This document shows, one piece after another, positions 12,327-24,300 of a stretch of DNA of 64,000 nt (position 1 is its first letter; each line of letters begins with the position of its first letter). Below the pieces are notes generated by a model, which worked only from the letters and a program-made list of their open reading frames with translations, ran no database searches and was not told the DNA's origin. This stretch comes from Paraspadella gotoi. Lineage: Eukaryota > Animalia > Chaetognatha. The position numbers and the translations under genes are program-made. The stretch spans positions 21,576,278 to 21,640,277 of the forward strand of contig CM119265.1 in assembly GCA_051294375.1 (NCBI GenBank). The letters run 5' to 3'.

Positions 12327-15300
12327 AGAAAAAGGGATTGAAAAAAAAATTAAATCTGGCTAACTGGCAGCCCCCTTTTTTCTCTTCAAGGTCCTTCGCG
12401 ATTTTTAAATCCCACGCCCTAAAATCTAAATCCTCTTTGCGAAAAAGATGCCGATACACCGCATAGCCCTCTTTTGAAATGAAAAAAAAAAACCACGCTT
12501 ATCCAAAGGTTTTGTTTTTCTTTTGTCGATTGTACCTTGATACGTATCGACTATCGAACCGAGCGGGTAAAGTTTGTTTTTCTCTCCGGCGTTGTCGTCG
12601 TCGTCGTCTCGATCGCCGTCTTCGTCGTCTACCGGAAATCGCAGTAGAGACAAGGCGAGAAAGAGAGACTCGCGTCTCCACGTGACGTCCTTCGCGTTAT
12701 TTCGTCCCGTGTGCGCGCGCGCGCCAATCTCGCGATCTTGGCTTTCTCGTACGTTTGTGGAAAAAAAAAATCGGCAAGCGCCCTCGCTAAATGCGTCTCG
12801 TATCGTGGGTTTTTTTTTTTTTTTTTTTTTTTTTTGTGTTTGTGTGTATGTGTTTGAAAAAAAAAAGGTTTCTTATAATCGCCGTACAAAGCTTTTGTTT
12901 ACTTTCAATGATTTATCGACAGTTACCTAAAGGTTTTGTGAGCATGAAAACGAAAAGAAAAGAACTTTTCGGAGTCTTAGCCGCATCATAATCGGTGCAA
13001 CATCGGCGACAAGATGATCAAATATTACCTCCTTGATTTCACGCGGATTATTTATATGGGTATCTTTCTTTTGGGACTGCTTCACGTGAAGCATGTAACC
13101 GGGGAAAGGTAAATAGATTACATGCATGGTCGTGAATTTTAATACTTCCATGTTCTTATGAATAAAAACGTATTGTTTCCCAGTGAAAAAAGTTCTGACG
13201 TTCATGAAACATCGCAACATAACCTTACTGCATCTAAAATTTTTCTCGATCTACGCCGTAAGTTTCGTAGTTTTTAAAAATGTATAAAAGATACTTATAA
13301 AATGTGGAAGTAAAATGTTTTTAAAAATCGGCGCAGACGCGAACCACCAGTCGCAGAAAAACCTTGGCCCGAATTCCGAGGCCGAGAAAATTGCTCTCGG
13401 AAAATGGATTTGCCTTGAGGACTGCCCCCCTGGCGGAGGTAAAGGAATTATTATCATTAATGAAGGGTGTTGGAGCTTCTCGAATAATTTTTCATGTGGT
13501 GAATGGGAAATCGCAAAATACTGATTAGGAATCATTCAAAGATTATCATACGCTTGTGTTATTTCTGAGTTACGGCTATAACCGTAACTCTATAAGACAC
13601 TTTTGTCTGTCGGTCCGTGGACATTTCTTTAAATATAGCAACATTAGAAAATAAAATTCGTTACAAAAAAATATATCCTCGTTTAAATCGAGCGTTTTCG
13701 GAGATCCAATGAGAAACTACAGTCATGTGAAAAAAAAAACAAAAAAAAAACGCGCCAGTGTATTACTATTAGAGGCAACCAGTAAAGTGGTTAAGAAATT
13801 TGAATTAAGCACCTGCTCAATGCTCAAACGAAAATTTAGACATTTATTAAAAAAATTGAATAGAATAAAAAAATTTAATATTACTCTATACCCCATATAT
13901 TAATTTTGTTATATTTATTATTAAATTGGAATAGCTAAAAAAAATTTAAAGATTTTTTTATTTTTAAGATCAGATTCAGTTTGTTTGCAAAAAGTTGTCT
14001 ACACAAAGTATAATTCTTTTTTCAATATTTTGATCATAAATGGGTAAAAAATATGAAAAACTCTTAATAAACTTCATCATATTTGATATGTTTTCTTGGT
14101 CAAAATTAAGAAAAAGTAATAAAATACTACAACTCCTGTTCATTATTTATATTTATTACTATAAAAATATTCGTGGTCCATCGATTACGAAAAAAAATAA
14201 CCCATTAACAAAATAAAAGTGTCTTTTCTAACTTATTTTATAAGGAGAATATGTTTCAACTGAATTATTCTTCGACGGAGAACCTAAAGACGCGGTGGTT
14301 TCACGTGGATCTGATGTCCTTTTCGATTGTAATCCGAAGACGATTACAGGTACTTTTAAACAAACGTTTAGTCTATGTAAATGTTCAATTTCTACTGTCT
14401 AGTCTTCAGAACATTGTCATAAATTCTTTTTTTAACCAGAATCTACGGAATCTTCAAGTGGCGCCGCCCTCTATGGCGCGAGAGATCACGTGATCCAATG
14501 GCGACGCAACGGGGCTCCCATTCGAGACGTTCTCTCAGAAACCGAGTACAGGTGGGTGGGAGTGAAAATCTATCGCATAGTCGTTGTTGTTGTTTTTGTT
14601 GTGCCGCACGTAAGTTTGAAGTAGAAAGTCTCTTTAAAACTGACTTTTGTTCCCTAGTGAATATTTGAGCAACAGACAAGACAAGCATAAGCACGAACCT
14701 CGTCCTCACTACGTGCTCTTTAATAATGGATCACTTTTGATCCACTCAGTCTCAGGTAATTACATTACAAAAAATATAAAATATTAAAATTAATTTCAGT
14801 TAATTTTTCTTCTTAATTTAAGATTTTAAAAAAATAATTGGTGTCACTGTCAGTCATGCCGCGAGTGATTAAATGCTGTTTCTAGTTAAAAAAACTTCAA
14901 ATCTCGCTCAACTCTCCACGCCTTTCCCCCGATCAGGGCGCCTCCAAGGCGACGACGCGTTGCCGGGCTCCAAAACTGCCTGGGAGTTCGAAGCCGAAGC
15001 TCGTTTAAGAACGGACCTTCTGGCTCGCCCTTCTTATCTGCAACAACTCAACTCAGGTCTGAGATGAATTTTACAGACGGGGAACGAGAAATGGAGAAAA
15101 CAGTTCTTTGGATGCGCGAATACGTACTCCATAGTTCTATATTATATGTAATTATTGTCCAAATTTACAACGACCAGATGGAAGTCGGGATCTCGGCGCC
15201 GCGGAGCCTCGAGCGCCCGTCGCCGACGTTGACGCCGGATTCTACGACTGTCTCGTCTCGGGCTTCGGCAAGACTCGACTCAGTCGACCCGCCCGTCTCC

Positions 15301-18300
15301 GGCTCCAAGGTTCGTCTCTTTCGTCAATAGCCAACGTTTTGGTAAGGGCAGAATAATAATAAAATAAATCCCCTTTTGGCCCTCATAGGTTTGGGCACTC
15401 GGTTTTTTCTGGGTCCCCATCCAGTCTTGGCCTCGCTGGGCTCCTCCGCTCGATTTTCTTGCTTGTTGGACGGAGCGCCCAGCGTCCTCTACAGATGGGA
15501 ATTAAATAGACAACCTCTACCTCTTAACGACCGTAGGCGAGTATCCGTTCTAGTATTCCACGATTTGATTTATGAAGTTATTTCCGAATGGCATGTCTTT
15601 TCTTCCTCTCTCGCATCCCCTTTGCGACCGTCGCAGATATTCGGTGTTGCCTGGCGGCGTTCTTCAAATCTCAGGTGTTGTCTCGACCGACGCCGGCCGG
15701 TACCGTTGCGTCGCCGAGTGCGGAACCCGGCGCCGCGCCGCTGCGGCTCCCAGGTTCCACCCCGACTGCAACCCCCGCCCTTCAAGCGAGGCCGTTCTCA
15801 CCCTTGTCCCAAGTAAGTCGAGGGGGCGGCGGGCCCGGTTTACGATCGAGTCGCGGATCGAAAAATTGCCCTCTCCTCAGTCCGTTGACCTTTATCCGAC
15901 TTTATTGTGCTCAATTAAATGGTTTGTTTATAACCAATCGATTTCAGTCCGAATATTATTACATCGTTTCTCGTCGTTATTCTCTTTTTAGTTGACATTT
16001 CTTTTTCTTCGTTCTCTCTCGCCACTCATTTTCTTCTCAACTCCCACTCTTTACTTAATTGAACTTCAAAATTTATTAGAGTTCGTGTTTGTTCGATTTG
16101 GAAGAGTCCAGACCCATTAACTGCGGTTTTCATTGTTTCCCTTTTTTTGTGCTTGAGCTTCAATAGAAAACGGTTTGCCAGCTGGTTGATTCGCTCTCGG
16201 ACTACTATTAGAATATTAAATTAATCCTAGAATAGAATTAAAAAATCAAAATGAGCTCGTATTTATCACATAACTTTGTTATTACGCTTCGATTCCTTGT
16301 ATGTGCATAACAACGACAAAGAAACAAGGGGAAACGTACTAGCTGAGAAACTACAATTACTAAATATTGACTCGCCCTAAAGTTAAACCCCCGAATTCTC
16401 CCCTCAACATGTGCCGTTTAAAAGAAAAAAAAGAGTTAATGTACTGTTTACGTTTAAACTCGGATACGATGCTTCTCTGGCAAACGCGCTAACGTTTTAG
16501 AAACTCTTTCCTCTCGGCAAGTCTTGTCCGTTTTATAAGTCCAAAGGGAACTTTTTCTATCTCTTTTCTTCTTTTTTTTTGGGGAAGTGAAGGGGCATCG
16601 CCCGATAGAAAACTGCAACAACGCCATTTTTCTTTCCATCTCTTCCCGACAGCGCTGCGCTTTCCCTTCCCCTCCCCTCGTTCGCACGCGATGCGCAGAA
16701 AAGCGATGCATCTCCGTACTTTGTCCGCGCGATTGAATTAAAATTAATAATTCTAGTTTAATATCTTTAGTTGCATTCATATGACTCAAAAGAAAGCTTC
16801 AATTGTTAAGCTTGCATTATTTCCGGTTGTTTTTAGAATTTTACCGGCTTGTAAGATATGAGCCGGTGAGGCAAACCAGAAAACTTAGTGAGTTTAGTAT
16901 TTTCGATTTTAGCTCGATGATATTGGTTATTTAGTATATTTGTACCGTTTGTTTCTTTCTTTTGGTTGTGTTTCTAGATGATTAACAAAAGATGATTTAC
17001 TTTTACTTTAAAAACGATATGAAATATTTTTGCGCTGATGAAGACCTACAAATAATAAGTCGAAATGTGACCGTTTATATCATAAAACATCGTTCAAGTA
17101 AAAAGAAATCTTTTTTTGTTAATCATATTTGTACTGCTTATGATTAATGAATTATTTTTCTCATGTAAGTTTATCGCATTTTTTGTCAGGATCGTCTCAA
17201 AAGGAAGAACTTTTTACGTTGGGAAACGTGACTGTTCATCAGTTCGGAGACGCGATCTTAGAATGCTTTTACACCGGAAAGGTCTGAACAACTGTTTCGT
17301 GTTGAAATATTTATTTTGTTTTCTCGCTATCTTTCTTTTCTGAAACGTATATTTTTCAAGTCGAAAAAAGTTTTCAGACGAAGCCTAATATATTTAAAGT
17401 GACATTTTAAAAATAATTTCTTTGTCGTCAGATGTTAAATTATTTTAGTGTTGAGTGTGAAAAAGGAATGTGAGGCGACTTGAAATGCTTTGAAGAATTG
17501 CGTATAACAATATTTACGAAAGATGCTTTTGTTGCATTCTTCACAGTAATGTCAAATTAAGGCGCCGTCGGCTTTTGTTCCAGTCAGACGAATTCTTCGT
17601 AGATATTTCCGCTTTTTTAAATTCTTAAACTTCCATCGCAGTCATCTGCCGTTCGATCCTACAAATGGGTCAGATTCGACGGGAAAGCGATCCGCGCCGA
17701 GGGCGTCTCCACCGTCGGTCGCGGCAATCTTCTTCTCAAGAACGCCTCCGCCGCCGGTAAGTTTTCCCCTCGTTTTCGCGTGACGAACGTTTAGTCTATT
17801 AATAGATTCTTTGATTTCCCTTTTCGCAACCGTGGATATTCGGCGGCCTTTCCATTGATTACTTTATGTCAGACAACGGGACCTACGTTTGCGTGGCAGA
17901 GTTCCACGACGGAAAAACGAGTTCGTCCATCACCGTTCTCCGCGTCCTCTTGCCGCCCGTACTCAGGGAACTCCCGATGTCCTCGAAGCAGAGTCTCGCC
18001 TACACTGCCCGATTCTCATGTCCCATCGAAAAGGTGTTTGGAGAGAAGGGGTACATAGGGTGAGGGCGCTGTGTGGCGATGACTAGTGATAATTTCGATG
18101 CTTCTGTTTATTACAGGGTTATCCAGAACCTTCGATTATTTGGCTTCACAACGGAAAGGCGATAACCATAACTGGGCGTTACAAGGTACTATATATATAT
18201 GCGTTTTATTTCGAATTCAAGGTTTTCTGATACCATCATTAATAGCAACGTATATATCGACCTAAGTAGTTAATTGTTCTTGTATGATAATGCCGCTTTG

Positions 18301-21300
18301 GTATAAACCTTTCTTTTTTTCAATCAGCAACTGAAAAAGTGGGATTTACTGATCGCGCAAACGGAACTCGCCGACGAAGGCATCTATCAGTGCATATTGG
18401 AAAACGAGGCCGGTGTTACTTCGGCGGCCGCTAGGCTCGTCATAACTTGGGACGAAAGTAAGTGATGACGTCACCTCTTCAATATCAAGGAACCTATTTT
18501 CACACTTTTCCTTACATTTCAGGCGTAGCACCCAGCACCCCTACCAACGTCGTCGCCAAAGCAGTCTCCTCGACCGCCATCCGAGTGACATGGAACGCCT
18601 CTAAATCCAAAGTTGGACCACTTCTGGCCTACTCTGTTCACTACTATCCCACCAACGGTAATTTCGTCGCTGTCCGATTCTTCTCTTCTTTTTTTTCGTC
18701 GCCTCCTTTACCCTTTCCCTTCCTTCATCTCCCCCACGGCTTTACCCAGGCGGAAGAGAGAACAACGCCGTGAGCCAACCTACCTCTTTTTTGGCGGAGG
18801 GTCTGCGACCCTTCACCAATTACTCCCTCTACGTGCAATCCTATGTGAGCAAGAGCGCGAGCCTCAAGTCAACCGTCGTCACGTGCGTCACGGGGGAAGA
18901 CGTTCCCCTGGGCGCGCCGAGGGCGAGGGTCGAAGAGAGGGTGAGTTGCGGTGAAGGGTGTGTGAAGTTACGTATCAAGGAGAGGGAGATTAAAAAGCGT
19001 TTTTTACGTAGCGATGCTTACATGCATTTTTTCCTCAAATTCATCATTTTGTCCCTTTTCTTTTTTCGCGTTAGACATCGGTCTGGTTTTTGGACCGAAA
19101 ATGACAGGCGGGTGCTGGTTAGTAGTTTTTTCTCCGTTATATCTCTTCAGACGTATTTCGATGCAGTTTAGATTGTTGCTAATTAAATCCAAAAAAACTT
19201 TTTATCTAATTTAGCCTTAATTGTACATAATTCAGTAATTTAAAAACAAAATATGATTTAATAATATGAGCCAAGTATTATTATTATTATTATTCGAGAT
19301 TAAACTAAAATGAATAAAGCTTTTAAAAGGCGACGAGTTATTTCGATCGATTGGTTCTCGTTAAATTTTTTCACGAGTCAAACATTTCTCCCCTCCTGAG
19401 ATTCTCAATTCTTGGTTATTTTTTTTTTATTTTAGGGATCTACCCAGTTGTCCATTTCCTGGTCCCTTCTCTCGCGCACGCGAGCTCAAGGAGTCATCGT
19501 GATCCACCGCGTCTTTTACCGTTCGCGCGGGCAACAAGCCCAACGTTACGTGGACGTCGGCGGAAACGAAACGGAGGTTGCGATCTCCGACTTGAAACCA
19601 AAATCCAAGTGAGATACTAAACGAACATAATTGCTCTAAAAATTATTCAAGAAAAATTACATTCTTAATTAAAACGCTATCATCCTCTTATCAAGATATG
19701 ACGTTCGCGTTTTGGCGGGAACCAAGCTGGGATTTCCGAACCTGGACGATTCCCAATGGCCTTGGGTCACTGTCAGAACCGGAGACGTTGCTCGTGACGA
19801 TATTCCCGTCGCGCCCAAAGTGCAGGTGGTTAGACGTCAAAATTCAACACCGTAATTAACTAAGTTCGACAGTTTTCTTATTCTTGATTTTCTTTTCAGC
19901 TACTTCTCATCAACTCGACCTCGGTTTTCCTTTTCTGGGCAAAGACAACTCCTCATCGACCCCTTCATTTAAAGAGTAAGTTCTCGACTATTAAGTAATA
20001 AAATGAGGATTGAGGAATCTTTCTGAAAAGTCGATTGGAATTTCTTTAACCTCGTTTTCGGCAGCCAAATCTTCTTCTTCGACTCTTCCTCCTTCCGCTG
20101 AAAATCGGGGCTTTCGCCTTTCAACTCGACTCCTCGGGTCGTCGACGGAGTCGTCCATCACGTTGCCCTTCGACTCGGACCGTCATCTCTTCCACAACTT
20201 AAGTAAGAATGGCCCGAACGATCTTTTACATCATTTGAAACGAAGTACTATGTACTGAAATTTGGGTCGTTGACAACCTCTTTTTTTTTTTCTTTTTTTT
20301 TATCAGCGCCGTCTTCGAACTACGAACTGCGCCTGTGGTCTTTTCGAGAATCCGTCGAGAGCGAGAAGACGATTAGACGAGTTTTGATTCCCGACGTCGT
20401 CTTCCAACGCTTCGACTCCGTCGACGATCGTCTTTGGGTGAGCGACCTCGGTCCATCGCCGATTTAATTAATTATTTACTTTATTTATTTTTGAGGATGT
20501 TTTCTTCTTTCGATATTTAGCCCGCCCTGGTGCCGCCTCTCATTGCGAACGCCGAGTCGAAGGAGGCGACTTCGGTTCTTCTTTCTTTGTCTTCGCTTTG
20601 GTTTTCGTCTTTCGCCTCCGACGCCAAGATGATTCTTTCCTCGGAGGCGGTTCCTCTCAACGAGACGGACGATCGCCGACATTATCGGGTTAGGCTTTCG
20701 TCGCCGCTAACGCCGGCTGTCGCTGTCTCCACATTTACAATTATGTTGCCTGCCCGTTCCAGTTATTCTTCACGGTTCGATACGCTCAACTCGACTACAC
20801 TCGCGCCGGCGGCTCCGGAGTAATTTCTGCTTCGTCGTGGCGCTCGGTAGACGTGACAGCGCCATCCATTCGCGTCGACGGGTTGAAGCCCTTCACCCAA
20901 TACCGCTTTTCGGCGCGGGCTTCTCTCAAGAGTCTCTCCCGGCAAAAGCGGAGCGCCCACGCCGCATCAGACTCCGTCGTTGAAGGACCGTTCGGCGTCG
21001 CCGTCGATGTTCAAACGTTGGAGGATCTCCCCGACGCTCCCAGGCAGTTCACCGCAAGGATGTACCGATGCGTCGGTGAGTAGGGAGAGAGAGGTTCGTC
21101 CGGCATTCTCTCGGAGTGCCACTTTGGGACATTTACGGACCTACTAGTTTTCAAGAATTTAGGACATTTTTATATTTGCCGGCTCAGGCGAAACTCGGAG
21201 CTGTAAAGTGAGCGTAAAATTGGACTGGATCGTCTCCAAAAATCGCAATGGAAGAATCTCCTACCTGATCAAATACCGAAAGACGGATGTCGAACGCCGT

Positions 21301-24300
21301 CCGCCGCCACAAAAAGTCCCGCCTCCTAAAAGTAAGAGAAAGAAGGAGAAAAAGAAAACGAGAGAGACGGGAGATCCCGGCTCTATAATTCACTTTGTCG
21401 GTTTCACCCCAAAATCTTGTCGTTAAGTCATGTCAGAACATCAAATTATGATAAATTATGCAAAAAAACCAATGTCCGTCCGTCGGTCTGTCCGTCCGTC
21501 GGTCACACCTTAGCTTTCATCGCCAATTACTTATCAGTTTATAGGACGATTGACTTGAAATTTTGTGTGTGGGTTAAAATATCCGAGTGGAAACGAGTTT
21601 ACATGGGAAAAATTAAAAACCTGTTTCACCATTTTAATTATGCTTTTTATCGTCGCAATCGCTTTGCGTTTGCGACGATTTTGCTGTGGTTTTGCACATA
21701 AGTGGCGTCGTCGTCGGAGTTCCAATTTATAAATCGCCTTTTTCATGATTAAATTTGGGTGTATGAAGCTAAAAATTTTTATACAGCTTCTCATCATCGA
21801 GGTCCTTGAAATTGGGTGAGGACAGTTGTTAAATATGTTTTATTACCTTTTATCAAAACAAACAAATTTTTTTACGTCTCCTTCTCTCTCTCTTTTCTCT
21901 TTTATTTATATGTAGCTCTCTCTTTTCCCCATTGAGATTCATCGGGGAAAAAACGAGTCTGCAGCTGGCTCTGCAGGGGCTTTTTCTCTTTTCTCTTGCT
22001 GCTTCTGCTGCTGCCTTTTGATTTCTTTCTTTTTTTTCTGGCTGCTGCTGCCGCTGCTGATTCGTCCGAAAACAATTTGGCTTTCTATTCTTTCTTTCCC
22101 TTCTATTCTTTCTTTCCCTTCTATTCTTTCTTTCCTTTCTTTTCTTTCTACTCTTTCTTTTCTTTCCTTTCTATTCTTTCTTTTCTTTCTACTCTTTCTT
22201 TCCTTTCTATTCTTTCTTTATATTTATTCTTTTCTTCTTTTTCTTTCTGTCTTCTTTTCTCAAATTTGATTTTTTTTAGTATCAAAATTTGTCGTCAATC
22301 CAGATTTTTCTTATGCAATTGCGACGATCCTTATTTAAGCTGCATAAATTAATTAATTTATTTATTAATTAATTGATGGGCTGCATACCACTAATGATCT
22401 TGAACATTTACATACTTAAATATAAGAAAGAAAAAAATATAAAAGCATCAATAATTAATTATCTGATTACCGCTAATGATCGTTTTTCCTTCGTCCCAGT
22501 GTCTCAAGGCGGAATCGTCAACGCCGGATTCAGTCGTCACAATGACTTGGTCGCGCTCACGCCCGATCGAGATGTCAAGTGGGAGTCGAAACGCGTCTCT
22601 GGCTTCATCCCGGCGACGGTCATCGAGGGTCTCGAGGTGGGGATTTCCTCGCCGTCTTTAATTCTAGAATTTTAAAATAAAACCTTACATATGTATTTGT
22701 TTTCATATTCCAGCCCAACCAATACTATGAGTTCGTCATCTTCGCTTCCAACTCAGCAGGGGAATCCTCGCCTCTCTCCGAAGTCATTTTGACCAACTGC
22801 GTCGGATGCACGACTTCGTCAACATCCGGTAGAGATGACGGACACATATTTTAAAAAAGGAGCCGAAAAGACCAACTCTCCCTCCCCCATATTTCATCTC
22901 AGAACCCGCTCCGGATATTGGCGATGATATATTGATCCTGCATCCCTCTTTGCCGTCACCGCCTCCTCGCCAACACGGCCAAGAGATGGGAGTCGCCATC
23001 GGGATTTCAATCGGCCTCTGCTGCATAGCTGTCTGCGTCATCCTTTTCCTTTGTCGCAACAGGTCGGCGTTTATTATAAAGTGGGGGGGTTTTATGACGC
23101 TGCTGTTTAATTGTTCTGTTTGAATTTAATTTAGATGTTTTCCATCTCCACTACCTCCGGGATTTTACTCGCGCCCGATGCATCCTCCATATAATCACTG
23201 TGCTTATTGGGAGCCGCCGATTCAGCTCCATCCACACGGAAACTCTGTCACTTATCCATTTTTGTTAGGCGAGTATTTGTTTTTTAGTTTAATTTATATA
23301 AGTAGAAATGATTAAATTCTTACATATTTTTATCTAATATTACATACATTATGCTATTTTCTGTATTTCCTCAGACGGGTTTCAATTGCACCCTCGTCTC
23401 ACGACTCAACAACTCGCTTCATTCTACAACGACGGGCTGACGGGCTATTGCGCTTCTTCGGGCGCCGAGAGAGGCCTCCGAAGTGCCGATGAGGCCGGCG
23501 AAGGCGACGAGAGCAACGGAAGCAGCGGTGTTGGCGGCGATGGCGCCGAGGGAAACGCCATGGCGATGGGTGAGGCGGAGACGTCTTTGGCGTCGGGTTG
23601 TCTTCGGAGGAGAAGTGGTAAGATCAAGGGTCTTTTCTTTATCTTTGTCAAGGTTTAATCCGCGTTTAATTTGTCCGCAGGGATCGAGTCTGACGTCAGA
23701 TGCTGCGGGCGTTCGCCTCCGAAGCGTTGGTCTCTTTTAGCCTCTTGGCTAAGGTGAGGCATTTTTTTCAAATGTTCATTATCTTCCCGAACTTATTTTG
23801 CCTGCTTTTATTCGCTCTCTCTTCTTAAGAACACCTCTTTATTATCCAATCACGTTAAAATCAACCTAAGATCTCGGTTACACAAAAAGAAGCAACTTAT
23901 TTTTCGCTTTTATATTAAATGTCTTATAAACATAATGTTTTTGTCGCGTAAGAAAGTAAGAAATTTCTAGTTTGCCAGAGGAGCGTGCCAACTAAAATCA
24001 ATAATCCGATTTCTTTATTTTTCTTTTTCGTTCTCTCTGGTACTGAGCCAAGAATAGCGATTCTTTATTTATTTCTAACGAGAACTTTGACTAGACTTTA
24101 TTTTAATATCGTCAATTTAAATCATTTTTTACTTTTTTTTGTGAATCGTCTCAGTTTTGCATTATTGGATAGTTAATTTATAGTTTTATTTTTCTTTCGC
24201 TCTCCTTTGTGTCTCTCGCATTGTGCCTTCTCTCTTCAAATAGGCGGGGACCCTTAATTTTTTTTACGTTTTTATCCTCTTCCATCAGCAGCTGTTTCTC

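Noticed and set aside
12124-12466. ORFs with ERERER / LSLSLS runs
   Set aside because: Translations of the (CT)n microsatellite.
21996-22352. Hydrophobic Phe/Ser-rich ORFs
   Set aside because: Translations of an intronic polypyrimidine tandem repeat.
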